From Haliotis rubra (taxonomy: Eukaryota): 64,000 nt of DNA. Positions 35,033 through 48,686 of this stretch are shown here, piece by piece. The stretch spans positions 496,001 to 560,000 of the forward strand of contig NW_025765481.1 in the NCBI RefSeq assembly GCF_003918875.1, given 5' to 3'. The position numbers and the translations under genes are program-made. Positions within the stretch are counted from its first letter, which is position 1, and each line of letters starts with the position of its first letter. The notes under the pieces are model-generated. The model was not told the origin of the DNA. It saw nothing but the letters and a program-made list of their open reading frames with translations, and did not search any database.

Positions 35033-37455
35033 TCAGGTGAAGTATGACTGACAAAGATAATTTCTAACATTTGTTCCACTCAGATCATCAGCAACTTGGA
35101 GAGTGAATTTATCATCATTACAATCATCGTAATCAACATTAATTACATCTTGGCGGTCAATGCCGATATTATGTAATATTACACTTGTAACAATTACGTT
35201 ACATGCACTCTTGGGTGACATGCGCAAACCACTGTGCAGACAAGAAAATCTGCGCTTAAGGATTCCGAATGTTTGCTCAATAAGAACTCTGGTTTTCGTT
35301 TGACTTCTGTTGAATTTTTCTTGAGCCCTGTTTGCTGGAGATAGATACGGTGTCATTAGGTAGGACTTGCATGGGTAGCCAGAGTCTCCCAGAAGTAAAC
35401 CCTTGTAAGTACCTGAAAAAAGAAATGACAAATTACAAATGTCAAGTATTCTTTGCTTGTTATTTGTATATGATGTCAATTGGATTAAGTCATAGGCTGG
35501 AGAATGTATGTACAATGAACTGGAAATGAGGTAAGGATATGGTGTTTTAGTATAGCTGGGTAATCATTATAATTCTATATCAAATAGTTAAATATGATTT
35601 AATTAGTATTTAGTGTTATTGGGTAGTTACACTAAGTCTTGTGTGAGTTGTTGGATTATTAAGTACATAATCCTATGACATGTTAGGTTATGTGGACTGT
35701 AGTGCATATGTTAGGTGCATATTATTGTTGGTATGAGAAACACTGTGTGTGTGTGTGTAATATATATTGTATTTCATTGTGTTATGTTATGATTAGGTAT
35801 TAAATACACTCATTGGCCACTGGTGGCTTATCACTGTGGAGTACCTGCGTCTCTGAGACGAGGTTAATTTTATTCTTAGATTTTCATCTGTATGACTACA
35901 ATTTGTGATATGTGCTGAGATGTATATATATATTAAGTAAGCCTTGTTGTGTTCAGAAAATGTTAAATGTAATTGTATGTTTACTTAAAGATACTTTTTG
36001 CTGTACACCAGTAATTTGTTTATGTTTTGTTTCAAGGGTTTTGTCACAAGATCCACTGTAAGGGGTCATCAAATCCCAGACAATAAATCTCTAAACCCTT
36101 CACAAGTATTCGTCATTACTAAATCTTCACGAGATACCCCTGTTATATGAGTACATTCACAATGGCATTCACATGAAATTATTAAATGTATTCTCATCGC
36201 TGTTAATACTAGAGGTGTGATGATACATTATGCAGTGTCATATCCTGGATTGATATGATTAATAGAACAGTAACATAACTATCAATATAAGCAAAGTTTA
36301 TACATACCATTTTCGAATGCCACACTGATTTGACTGTCCCGGAAAATTCTACTGTCATGCACACTTCCAGGCCATTTAGCCACACAGTTGGTAACTCTAA
36401 ACTGTGCATCACAGATCATCTGCCACAAGAAAATAACAATTTGTTGAGTAAATGTAATATTTGGGTTGAATGTTAATTCCATAACATGTAGTAAAAGTAA
36501 ACTAATGATTATATTTGATAATCAAAATTAGTTTTCATTTACTATGATGTGAAAAATTACAATAAAATAATCATGAATTAATTTTAATACACATTCATTA
36601 CAATTTATTTTTAATATTCGGTTCTTGGAATATGAACAATTTTCAGTATGGAATATGTTTTTAACTTGAAGAATTTTAACACATGAACTCACCTGAACAT
36701 TGAGTGAATGAAATCCCTTTCTGTTCACATAGTCACCTTCAGCTTTATTTGGGGCAATGATCCTTATGAACGTGCCATCAACACATCCCAATACGTTTGG
36801 AAACCCTACAAGGTGTAAACAATTATCTAAATTTAAGACTGAAATGATAACAATACCATAGGCAATATCTTTGCAATGTTTATAGATTTAAGAGGTGATT
36901 TTTTTATTCCGCTTCGCAGTTCAACTTTTATATTTTGAAACAGCATTTGGATTGATCTCCCTTTACATAACATCCGGTAAGGATTCTTAACCGTGGTTTT
37001 GATATTTACTGGCTAAGAAAAATAAAGATGTTTACCTGCAATCTTGTAAAACATGGACTTGCATGAGTCCGTGTCCACGGGCATCTTAATGTAGCGCTGT
37101 GCCAGGGGAACCAAAGCTCCGCAAAAGTCCCTGATTGACCGATACACCGACGATGCGGAAATGCTACGGTACGTATCGGCAATCAGGGAACAAAACCCAC
37201 CGGTCGCCAGAAACCGGAGAGAGACGAGCACCTGCGTGAGAGGAGGCAGGGGGCAGCTCCTAGCGGTCTCTCTCTCAGCTGGCCAGCGACCAACGACACT
37301 ATAAACAGGATCGTTTCAGGTCGGAAACGATAGCGGGCAAACACCGATTCCTCAGACATGGTTTCAAGAGGGTTGCTACGGTCGATTAACCCTCTCGCCA
37401 CTCTAGACTTGTTTCTCCGACGGCGTTGTTGCCTTCTCCTATACGCCATTTTCAT
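35033..37455 (-). pseudogene. Harbinger DDE transposase (HARBI1-like), copy 1, frameshifted in exon 1
   Basis: [32 protein letters not shown] and [12 protein letters not shown] motifs. A 1-bp deletion near 37272 relative to copy 2. Confidence 0.85.
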
Positions 37456-37472
37456 CTCAAATAATGACTTAA

Positions 37473-38545
37473 AGGTCACATGCAACGTAAAACACAACTT
37501 TGCAGATTCTGATACCTTTCGGTATGGACATACCGAAACAAATCGTCAAAAATGCAAATTCAACTTATAAAGTTGAAAAATAACGCGATGGAAAAAAACG
37601 CGCGAAATCGGAGTTCAAACGTTTCACTAATTTTCCCCAGACTTTTCTGGGGAAAACGGGTTTCAACAGCTGGGCTGCGCCCATAGCACGTGCGCAAGTA
37701 AATAGGTTCGCGCAGCTTGGAAGCGGGTTGTCGGGTGAATACTCGGTGAAGGCTTTGGTGTGAGCTATTTTTCTAATGTTTTGTTGATATCTCACAGGCG
37801 CGAGCTTTTTATATGTTATGACAGTAAATTAACTGTTTATATAATTTCATTTGTCTATTTTACCACACGTTCTTCTTACCGAGACACTTTCTCAGTTCGA
37901 TACTTAAAAGCAATGTCGTTATTTAGCGTTGACAGAATGTCTAACTGTGATATAGATATGTCGTTGTCACAGGCAAAACTCAATGTCTTGTTTTATTGAC
38001 ACCTACGTGTCTGCCTGCCTGTCTGCTAATGAGAATATTCAATACACAGCTGCTATCACTGACCACATGCAATTTGAACTTAACACCAATCAGGCTATAC
38101 ACCATAAACAAATTGCATTGATTTATGGCCCGAGTTCGGTCTCTGTCACATTAGGTATTTACACAGACAGGCAGGTGTGATACTTGAACACATGACATGT
38201 TATGATGTCTGTTGATTGCAAAATGTTATACACAAAAAATGAGCATGTATTTACAAAGCCCAACATCTCTCTCTATATATACACACAATTAGCCGTGAAG
38301 GCATCTGCAAATGAACCAGCCGTTACACTTGAGTGAACACCCACCCGCTCTGACTGGGTTCGGTATCCCGGCTTCTTCGTTTCTTGGGAAGTAAACCGAA
38401 GTACACAATTTTGCACTTTCGATTTGCGATTGTACGCTTATAATTTTGTTTATATATTTTTTCGTAACCAGCAATGTATATTATATGTCATGAATAAGTG
38501 ATAATTGTGTTTTAATTATGTTTGATTTTTGGTTGCATGTGACCT
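37473..38545. mobile_element. Kolobok-like non-autonomous element inserted at TTAA in Harbinger copy 1
   Basis: TIRs aggtcacatgcaac / gttgcatgtgacct, preceded by TTAA. It is absent from copy 2 (empty site gacttaagttacctacctagc at about 44267). Confidence 0.8.
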
Positions 38546-38904
38546 ACCTAGCAGACTCAAATATTTTGAGTTTTTAACTCAAGTTGAGTCGAAAAACAAA
38601 CTCAGTTTTGTTTGAGAAATGCATTTTGCTGAGTTTTCTCAAATTTGAGTAAAAACTCAGACTTAAGTCTGAAAACAGACTTAAGTTTGTACTCAAATTA
38701 CAAACTGAGTTTGAGATTTTGACTCAGTTGAGTTTTCTCAAATTTTCCGTTTCTCAAAACAATCTCAACTCAAACTCAACTGAGTTTTGATTTGAGATCT
38801 CGCTGAGTATTTTTTGTCCATGTTGTAAGCGGCATGAAGTGCCCGTAACTTCCGTTTCTAATGACAACAACATCGTCTGCTATCTGCTCGCTTGTCGTGA
38901 AGCC

Positions 38905-41713
38905 ATGTATACATCAAAGGTTGAGGGCAAGCGGCGACCAAATTGGTCGGAGGAAGAAAAAACATCTTTAGTGGAGGAAGTCAGTAAAAGATTGGATCGG
39001 CTGTCATCTAAGTTTAAGGGGTGTGGCTCCATCAAAGGGACTAAGATGAAGGAGCAAGCCTGGATGGAGATAGCCGAAACTCTCAACATGTAAGTTGAAT
39101 ATGATAGATTTCAGAATGTAGCCTTGAATTTATGATTCACGATCAACACAACCTAAAAATAAAAGTTGCAGTCAGGTTGTTTATATCGAACAAAACAAAT
39201 GGATATAGAAACTTGGCATGGTTAGATGCCGATCGCTTACTCACTGTCGAGTCCGATTTTCGATCACCTCCTACGTTTTCATCATTCACGGATATAAACA
39301 TACTCTTAAATCATATCCTGGCCAATAAGGAAATTCTTTTCATAAATATGCACAGTGAAGTGACATGAATATCAAGTTTTTGACGGTGCTTGACATTGAA
39401 AGGATCAGTCTGGTTTATCTGTTACAGAATTTGTAAAGATGACGTCATATTAACTTATTTTACAGGCCTGGGAACGTAGTAAAAAGATTTTTATATCTCC
39501 TTATGCTAGATCTAGATAATATATTTTGAATAAAATGTTGGAGGCAAATATTTAGTCATTATAATTCTCTGATCAATGTTTATCTAGTTACATTTGATTA
39601 TGATGAATTCTTTTAAATTTATTTGTGTACTGAATATGATTATTGTCTAGATTTAAAAAAATATATAGTATAAAAAAATGAAAATCACAACATTACAACA
39701 ATATTTCAAATCCTCTTTTTTATTCAACTCTACCACATAAGGAATTCAAAATATCCAAGAAAATGTCTATTAGACTGTCTCAATAATCCAAATAAAAAAT
39801 AACTATGTTCAGAAAATGACCAAAGAAATAGAACAGATGGACACTTGTAAATATTAAATGAGTGACAATAATTTAAGCATAAGTGAAAATTCTTCATATT
39901 ATAATATTGTTGTTCCAGGAAATCCAATTTTGTAAAAAGAACTGTGGAGGAGGTGAAGAAGCAATACGCTAATATAAAGCAGAGAGGTAAGAAAAAGTAT
40001 TCAATAAACAATCATAATTGCAAAAGGGAAAGTGACTGATTGGAAAATAACAATTAATAGAAGACATACGTTCACTGCCTTGTATAACAATTTCAAGTAC
40101 AGACTGAAGGCCCATACACAATATAATTACAAATATTAATAAATTTAATATACAAATAATGAATGAAGTGAATGATACTTGACTTGTCATGAATATGTAT
40201 GTTAATGATATGTACTTATTACAAAAAGTGATTCATAGTAGGTAATTTAATTTTGAAATTCCTATTATGATTTGGTTTTATGTCTTTGGCAATTCATAGC
40301 TAGTAGATTTTTCGAAATGTAAATGTAATATAGTCATAAATGCCAATATGACAGTGTTTTGTAAGATTCTTATGCTATTTCAGAAACATATCAATATATT
40401 GTATTCTTCATAGCAAAGGACAAAGCAGACGCGATACGCCGGCCGAAGACAGGTGGTGGACCGAAGCCCCCCTCACCCTCTCTACCAGAGGCTATGGTCC
40501 TAGAGGACTTAGCTGACAGGCCTAATCTACAAGGCCTGGTAGATGGCTTTGACTCCGAAGGTAAGTGATGCTATTTTAACATAATGGAACACTTTAAAAT
40601 TCAAGGTCATAACGTTTTAATTGTTTGGAAAAAAAGGTTTCATACGCACAATTGACCATACGCCTTGCCTTAAAAATTTGCAGTAATATCAAGAGTTGCC
40701 ATTCTCATTAATTAAATTTTTCTCCATTTTGTGCATGACCGAGTGTCACATTGTGCTGAATTTATATCTTGTGATTTTGGTCATCTCATTTTATCAAATA
40801 TCGATTATAGGGAAGTCGAAATGAATAATAAGTCTATTATTGCATCAAAAGCAATCTAAAGTGGGTATAAATGCACTAATATAGCCAATTGCATTTCGGA
40901 AAGTGTGCTCTTGTGCCCTTAATTAGTACACATGAAGGCTGATAAATAATTTTTAAGTTTTGAAGTCAAATCTGAGTAGTTATATTAAAATCATATGAGC
41001 CCATAAATAAATTGCCTGAGGATTAGGCAGATCACCAACTTGTTGAGTTGTATCTGTTACAGATTTCAGTAGTGTGATCAACTCCATGGCGATGGAGGGG
41101 AGTCTGCCCGAAGGTGAAGCTCACCTACCTGTCAGTCAGGAATGTATTCCCAGTGAGTATAAAAATCTTAACATATGTGCACAAAAAGCACTCTATTTCA
41201 TATCATTAAAAAAAGATTTTTCCAAAAATACCAGTAGACATCCAAATTGTTTACATTCTTTGATATCTTTTAAGTTTGGAAGTCTAAATAGATCAACAGG
41301 CTCTGCATGCTTAAAGATTGAGGATATAATGTCAAAATGTGTACTCTTTTTTAGATAAATAGGCAATGTCTGGTCTACAGTACTTGTAGATAGTATACCT
41401 GTCAATCATCAAAAACAAATTCCAAATTTGTCATATTTGTTCCAGATCACACCTTGCCTGTTGATGTCCTCATTGACAATCAGGGTATGCTGCACATCCC
41501 CTCCACAACAACAACAACGAAATTGAGCAAGAAAAGAAAGTTACTCGATGATGAAGTGTCTGTTCTCCAAGCAGAAAGAGACAAATACATTGCAGAATGT
41601 GAAAAGTTAAAGCAAGAAGCCATTTTTTCAGAATTAAGGCTGAGGTGGAAGAACTGAAAAAAGAAAAATTTCAATTGGAAATAATGAAGCTGAAATGTCA
41701 AAATGAGCAGTGA
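38905..41713 (+). CDS. Harbinger Myb/SANT-like protein, copy 2 (exons 38905-39089, 39919-39986, 40414-40560, 41063-41152, 41446-41713), with a T-homopolymer frameshift in the last exon
   Basis: GT-AG exons splice in frame. There are 6 T near 41625 where copy 1 has 7. Confidence 0.75.
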
Positions 41714-41832
41714 TTTGTGATTACATAGAATCCAACTAGCATATTTGTACATGGAATATTTCACACAATGAAAATTTGTTTGTTCATTATGTTATATAAG
41801 AAATCATCATTTGAAGATAATTTGTACAATAT

Positions 41833-44255
41833 TCAGGTGAAGTATGACTGACAAAGATAATTTCTAACATTTGTTCCACTCAGATCATCAGCAACTTGGA
41901 GAGTGAATTTATCATCATTACAATCATCGTAATCAACATTAATTACATCTTGGCGGTCAATGCCGATATTATGTAATATTACACTTGTAACAATTACGTT
42001 ACATGCACTCTTGGGTGACATGCGCAAACCACTGTGCAGACAAGAAAATCTGCGCTTAAGGATTCCGAATGTTTGCTCAATAAGAACTCTGGTTTTCGTT
42101 TGACTTCTGTTGAATTTTTCTTGAGCCCTGTTTGCTGGAGATAGATACGGTGTCATTAGGTAGGACTTGCATGGGTAGCCAGAGTCTCCCAGAAGTAAAC
42201 CCTTGTAAGTACCTGAAATAGAAATGACAAATTACAAATGTCAAGTATTCTTTGCTTGTTATTTGTATATGATGTCAATTTGATTAAGTCATAGGCTGGA
42301 GAATGTATGTACAATGAACTGGAAAGGAGGTTAGGATATGGTGTTTTAGTATAGCTGGGTAATCATTATAATTCTATATCAAATAGTTAAATATGATTTA
42401 ATTAGTATTTAGTGTTATTGGGTAGTTACACTAAGTCTTGTGTGAGTTGTTGGATTATTATGTACATAATCCTATGACATGTTAGGTTATGTGGACTGTA
42501 GTGCATATGTTAGGTGCATATTATTGTTGGTATGAGAAACACTGTGTGTGTGTGTGTAATATATATTGTATTTCATTGTGTTATGTTATGATTAGGTATT
42601 AAATACACTCATTGGCCACTGGTGGCTTATCACTGTGGAGTACCTGCGTCTCTGAGACGAGGTTAATTTTATTCTTAGATTTTCATCTGTATGACTACAA
42701 TTTGTGATATTTGCTTAGATATAGACATATATTAAGTAAGCCTTGTTGTGTTCAGAAAATGTTAAATGTAATTGTATGTTTACTTAAAGATACTTGTTGC
42801 TGTACACCAGTAATTTGTTTATGTTTTGTTTCAAGGGTTTTGTCACAAGATCCACTGTGAGGGATCATCAAATCCCAGACAATAAATCTCTAAACCCTTC
42901 ACAAGTATTCGTCAGTACTAAATCTTCACGAGATACCCCTGTTATATGAGTACATTCACAATGGCATTCACATGAAATTATTAAATGTATTCTCATCACT
43001 CTTAATACTAGAGGTGTGATGATACATTATGCAGTGTCATATCCTGGATTGACATGATTAATAGAACAGTAACATAAATATCAATATAAGCAAAGTTTAT
43101 ACATACCATTTTCGAATGCCACACTGATTTGACTGTCCCGGAACATTCTACTGTCATGCACACTTCCAGGCCATTTAGCCACACAGTTGGTAACTCTAAA
43201 CTGTGCATCACAGATCATCTGCCACAAGAAAATAATAATTTGTTGAGTAAATGTAATATTTGGGTTGAATGTTAATTCCATAACATGTAGTAAAAGTAAA
43301 CTAATGATTATTTTTGATAATCAAAATTAGTTTTCATTTACTATGATGTGAAAAATTACGATAAAATAATCATGAATTAATTTTAATACAAATTCATTAC
43401 AATTTATTTTTAATATTCGGTTCTAGGAATATGAACAATTTTCAGTATGGAATATGTTTTTAACTTGAAGAATTTTAACACATGAACTCACCTGAACATT
43501 GAGTGAATGAAATCCCTTTCTGTTCACATAGTCACCTTCAGCTTTATTTGGGGCAATGATCCTTATGAACGTGCCGTCAACACAACCCAATACGTTTGGA
43601 AACCCTACAAGGTGTAAACAATTATCTAAATTTAAGACTGAAATGATAACAATACCATAGGCAATATCTTTGCAATGTTTATAGATTTAAGAGGTGATTT
43701 CTTTATTCCGCTTCGCAGTTCAACTTTTATATTTTGAAACAGCATTTGGATTGATCTCCCTTTACATAACATCCGGTAAGGATTCTTAACCGTGGTTTTG
43801 ATATTTACTGGCTAAGAAAAATAAAGATGTTTACCTGCAATCTTGTAAAACATGGACTTGCATGAGTCCGTGTCCACGGGCATCTTAATGTAGCGCTGTG
43901 CCAGGGGAACCAAAGCTCCGCAGAAGTCCCTGATTGACCGATACACAGACGATGCGGAAATGCTGCGGTACGTATCGGCAATCAGGGAACAAAACCCACC
44001 GGTCGCCAGAAACCGGAGAGAGACGAGCACCTGCGTGAGAGGAGGCAGGGGGCAGCTCCTAGCGGTCTCTCTCCTCAGCTGGCCAGCTACCAGGGACACT
44101 ATGAACAGGATCGTTTCAGGTCGGAAACGATATCGGGCAAACACCGATTCCTCAGACATGGTTTCAAGAGGGTTGCTACGGTCGATTAACCCTCTCGCCA
44201 CTCTAGACTTGTTTCTCCGACGGCGTTGTTGCCTTCTCCTATACGCCATTTTCAT
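41833..44255 (-). CDS. Harbinger DDE transposase (HARBI1-like), copy 2, intact 341 aa (exons 44255-43835, 43604-43492, 43218-43107, 42212-41833)
   Basis: Exon lengths 421+113+112+380 = 1026 nt, in frame. Catalytic VDGT, GDSGY and IEQTFG motifs are present. Confidence 0.9.
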
Positions 44256-44443
44256 CTCAAATAATGACTTAAGTTACCTACCTAGCAGACTCAAATATTT
44301 TGAGTTTTTAACTCAAGTTGAGTCGAAAAACAAACTCAGTTTTGTTTGAGAAATGCATTTTGCTGAGTTTTCTCAAATTTGAGTAAAAACTCAAACTTAA
44401 GTCAGAAAACAGACTTAAGTTTGTTTCGAGAAATCGGGGCCAG

Positions 44444-46559
44444 AGCATTTACCTTCACCTTTACATTCTACAAGCAACACTGATTCTTTTTTTAACCAAC
44501 CATTTTCCGAACAAGAAATATCTACAACAATCCTCTCTTTGCCAAATCGTAAAGCTCCTGGACCAGGCGGAATTGCTAATGAATTTTTAAAGGAGTCGAG
44601 AAGTTTCATTGTCCCTACTCTCACTGTTCTTTTTAACAAAATTTATGACTCTGGCTATTTCCCTCCCAGTTGGGGTAAGAGCATAATTTGCCCTTTGTTG
44701 AAATCTGGCGACAAGAACGACCCTGATAATTATCGAGGTATATCCCTCATTGATTCACTTTGTAAATTATTTACATCAATTCTTAATAAAAGATTAAAAA
44801 TCTGGTGTGATTTAAATAATATCATTTGTTAATATCAGGCTGGCTTCAGGGAAAACTATTCTGCAACAGACCACATTTTTACACTTCAGGCTGTCATACA
44901 GAAATATTCATGTAAAATTACGGCACATTTATTGTCTTTTTATCGATTTTTCAAAAGCTTTCGATACTCTTAAACATGATATACTTATAGATTCTCTTCA
45001 TAAGGTTGGATTAGATGGGGAGTTCTTAGATATTATCACATGTATGTATAATTCACTTTGTGTCTGTGTTAGAACTCCTGAGGGACTTTCTAAACAATTT
45101 TCTTGTAATGTGGGTACCCGCCAGGGATGCATTTTAAGCCCTCAGATATTTATAATATTTATTAATCATTTATGCACAATTATGCAAAGTGAAGGTGGTA
45201 AGGGAATATTTATCACTGCTGTTTTCAATAACGTGTATGCCCTTATGTTTGCTGATGATGTTTCGGCTCTTTCAGACACTAGTATTCAATTGCAGAATAA
45301 GATAAATGCCCTTGAATTTATTTGCAAGGAAACAGGAATGAAAGTAAACCTTAAGAAAACAAAAGTGGTGTTTTCAGAAATGGAGGGCCTCTTAGATCTT
45401 ATGAAAAGTGGTATTTTAATGGGGAACAAATAGAAACAGTATCATTTTATAAATATCTTGGCATTATATTTACACCAAAACTTGTTTGGTCCAGGGCAAA
45501 ATTGTGTTTAGCATCTGAGGCTAGAAAGGCAATTTTATCAGTTAATCACTTTCAAAAGAAATTCGGAAACATTAACTGTACAGAATTATTCAAAAGTTTT
45601 GATGCATTGATCACACCAATATTATGCTATAGCTCAGAAATATGGGGAACTTCTTATTGTAAAAGTATTAAATCGGTACAGCTTGATTTTTGTAAAAAGT
45701 ATCTTAAAATAAATAGGTCATCTTGTAATTCCATGGCCCTGGGTGAATGTGGCAGATTGCCCCTGTAGTTTAATTATATGACCCGTGTAATCAAATATTG
45801 GTGTTGATTGTTACAACTTCCTCATGACAGATTACCTTTTCAAAGCTACCTTATGCTTAAGTCATTAGATGATAGTGGTAGAACAACATGGGCATCAAAA
45901 GTTAAAAGTCTTCTTTTTAATTTTGGTTTTGGATATGTTTGGTTGAGCCAAGATGTTGGTGATGTAAAGATGTTTATAAGCTTATTTAAACAAAGATTAT
46001 CAGATAATTTAAAACAGTCCGGGTACTCTTCCCTGTGTAATTCCCCAAATGGAACTATTACCAGTATTTTAAATCTGCATTAAATGTTGAACGTTGTTTA
46101 TCGTTTAACCTTTCTACACATTTAAGAGCTGTTTTAGCACAATTTAGGTGTAGTAATTTTAAAATAGCTGTAGAAACTGGGCGTTACAACAACACTGATT
46201 ATGATCAAAGATTTTGTACATCATGTAAATCTAAAGGTCTTACCTATATTGAAGATGAATTTCATGTACTGTTCATTTGTGAATCCTATTCACAACTAAG
46301 AGAGAGAAGTTTATTACAAAATGTGTTAAAAAGCCTTACACTGTATATTCTTTAGCAAATCTTTTCAAGAATACTAATGTAGACACTGTAAAATCTGTTG
46401 CCTTGTATCTATTTTATGTTAAAAAGATTATTACAAACACACTTGAATGATCATTGTGCCCCTGACTACACTGGAATTTCCTTTTGAATGTATTTTGGGC
46501 CTACGGCCTTTTACTGGAAATAAACTCTGTCTGTCTCTGTCTGTCTGTCTGTCTGTCTG
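44444..46559 (+). mobile_element. Non-LTR retrotransposon (RTE/RTEX-like) RT and 3' end, degenerate
   Basis: KAPGPGGI, NYRGISLI, QAGFR, DFSKAFD, GTRQGCILSP, FADD and ETGRY..C..C...IEDEFH motifs. AATAAA followed by a (ctgt)n tail. Confidence 0.9.
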
Positions 46560-46673
46560 AATGATCAGCTGATAACCGATATATCTTGAATGATCAGCTG
46601 ATAACCGATATATCTTCAATGATCTTTTGAAAAACAATGTATTTTCATTGATCAACTGACTTCGTCCAGGCCG

Positions 46674-46915
46674 ACCCGTGAAGATCCGGGGTTTGAATTG
46701 GTCTTCAGTAACCCATGCTTGCCGTAAGAGGCGACTAACGGGATCGGGTGGTCAGGCTCGCTGACTTGGTTGACACATGTCATCGTATCCAAAATGCATA
46801 AATCGATGCTCATGCTGTTGATCATTGGATTGTCTGCACCAGACTCGATTATTTCCAGACCGCCGCCATATAGCTGGAATATTGCTGAGTGCAGCGTTAA
46901 AAACAAAGAAACAAA
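46674..46915 (+). mobile_element. Short retroposon family C
   Basis: Complete head, body and tail. Confidence 0.85.
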
Positions 46916-47671
46916 AAAGGGGCATTTGACCATGAGATCTGATGAGGGCCTAACGTTACGGCTAACTGGGTTAAGCTTGTAACTGTACGAATAACTTTAT
47001 AATTTACGAATAACTTAATAGTAAACATCCTTTGAGAGAGCGGGATAAATGTTACGTTGAAAGCTATGCGTCTCGTATAACGCAATGTAGGGCTGACGTT
47101 TACTACCATTGTTCTCAAAGTCACGCGTAATCCCCAACACCATTCAAACGAATCTAAAAATAACACCCACATGTAAACCACACCAGACTCACGTCAGCGA
47201 CAATTTTAACGTTTAGTCGGGGTATTACGAACCGGTGTTCGGAACGATCTTATCAACATTGTACAGGGAACGATCATCCGTTGTCGCATGCGGTCGTGAT
47301 TCTAAACACGAGTATTAGCAATGTCCTGAAGCGTTTCCCTATATAGCACCTGTTACATGTTGATAACACCATGTCGCAGTGTTTCCGGATTCTAGATTGT
47401 ATTTTGTCGAAGGGAACAGTGTGGCAGGAAGCAGACAACGTTGCTGAGGATGTCGGTAGTTTTTGATGCCGTATCCTGATGCTTTGAACGCCGCCGATAA
47501 CGTTTACGCCAAATGTTCCAGGTCGACCACATTATATATTACTACGGTACATACTGCAGACAGTTGATGTAAGTATCTCAGTTTCTGGATACATGTCATG
47601 TATAAATCTGACAGTCAATGTACGAGGTGGGTGTAGCGGCGTTGTAAGTAGCATCCCAGCTGAATCACGGA

Positions 47672-47872
47672 CCAGGGAAGATCCGGGATAGAAGTGGTCT
47701 TCAGCAACCTAAGCTTGTCGTAAGAGGCGACTGACGGGATCAGGTGTTCAGGGTCGCTGACTTGGCTGACACATGTCATCGTATCTCGATGCTCGTGATG
47801 TTGATCACTGGATTGTCTAGCCCATACTCAATTATTATATCATTGAGTGCCACTTTAAACAACAAACCAAAC
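47672..47872 (+). mobile_element. Short retroposon family C, degenerate
   Basis: gaagatccgggatagaagtggtcttcagcaacctaagcttgtcgtaagaggcgactgacggg. Confidence 0.7.
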
Positions 47873-48686
47873 TTATTACAGCTTGTCAGCTAAATGTCTA
47901 ACCGATGTAAGGTAGCCTGTCTCACAGCCCCAGAGCTTCTAGCCCCAGGAAAGAAAGACAACTTGAGAGGCTGCATCCAGACTGACTGAGGAGTTCATGG
48001 TGCAAAGCCCTCATGGTGCAAAGCCTAATTGCCAATTCTGTTTTCAGAAAGTGCACTGAAAACGATGTTTTCAGACCTATTTGTGTGATTTTAAGTGGTA
48101 AACCCAGTTTGGCTTAAGATTTATCGTTGTTTTTTGTCATGAAAATGTGGCACGAGTACTCAAAGCGCAAGTTTCAAGCCAAAGCTATGCAATCCATGAA
48201 CGATATCATTTTCCGTTACTCTCAGCCCTTACTACATACAAGAGTCTATAGTTTCAATGTCCCATCTAACTGTGGTTCCTCGTCAAATTAAACAGACTCT
48301 GAGTTATTTGTTTCTATCACAAAGAAATATAATCAGAGACTAAGCGTTAGGGTAGCCTCAGACGTTGACCATTTTAGTGAAAGCCTTGAGCATGGCGTAC
48401 TGCCGACAAATCTAGAAGCATGAACCGGGATTCGAACTATAGTGATAGGCGGCTGACGTTCCCAAGGGACGCAACTCTGTACTGTCAGCCCCTTGAGCGT
48501 GAAAGAGCAAAAGAAAGGAGATGAGCAATGGCGCCTAGCCTAGAAGAAGTGGAATTATGTCTGGTTATGAACTACTGCTAGCAAGTAAATAAAGGGGGGT
48601 AACTCTTCATAAACTAATGAAAAAGGATTAACGGAGTTGTCTTTCTTGAATGAAAACAAGCAGTTGAAAGCTGGTCAAGGTTGTTT

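Larger units (their letters stand above)
31915..38690. mobile_element. PIF/Harbinger transposon copy 1 (defective)
   Basis: Convergent Myb/SANT-like (+) and HARBI1-like (-) genes, subterminal ctcaa/tgag repeats and near-identity to copy 2. Confidence 0.9.
38691..44440. mobile_element. PIF/Harbinger transposon copy 2
   Basis: Same architecture as copy 1. The right terminus ttcgagaaatcggggc is followed by CAG, which matches the CAG at 31912-31914 (3-bp TSD). Confidence 0.9.

Noticed and set aside
32110-44255. Idea that the two Harbinger copies complement each other (one with a good Myb gene, one with a good transposase)
   Set aside because: Copy 1's Myb gene has a TGA in exon 2 (33160) as well as a frameshifted transposase, so copy 1 is defective in both genes.
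35033-44255. Domesticated host HARBI1/NAIF1 genes
   Set aside because: The genes lie inside a TIR- and TSD-bounded duplicated unit inserted in a LINE, so they are transposon genes.
47193-47349. Possible minus-strand exon bounded by AG/GT
   Set aside because: All three frames contain stops.
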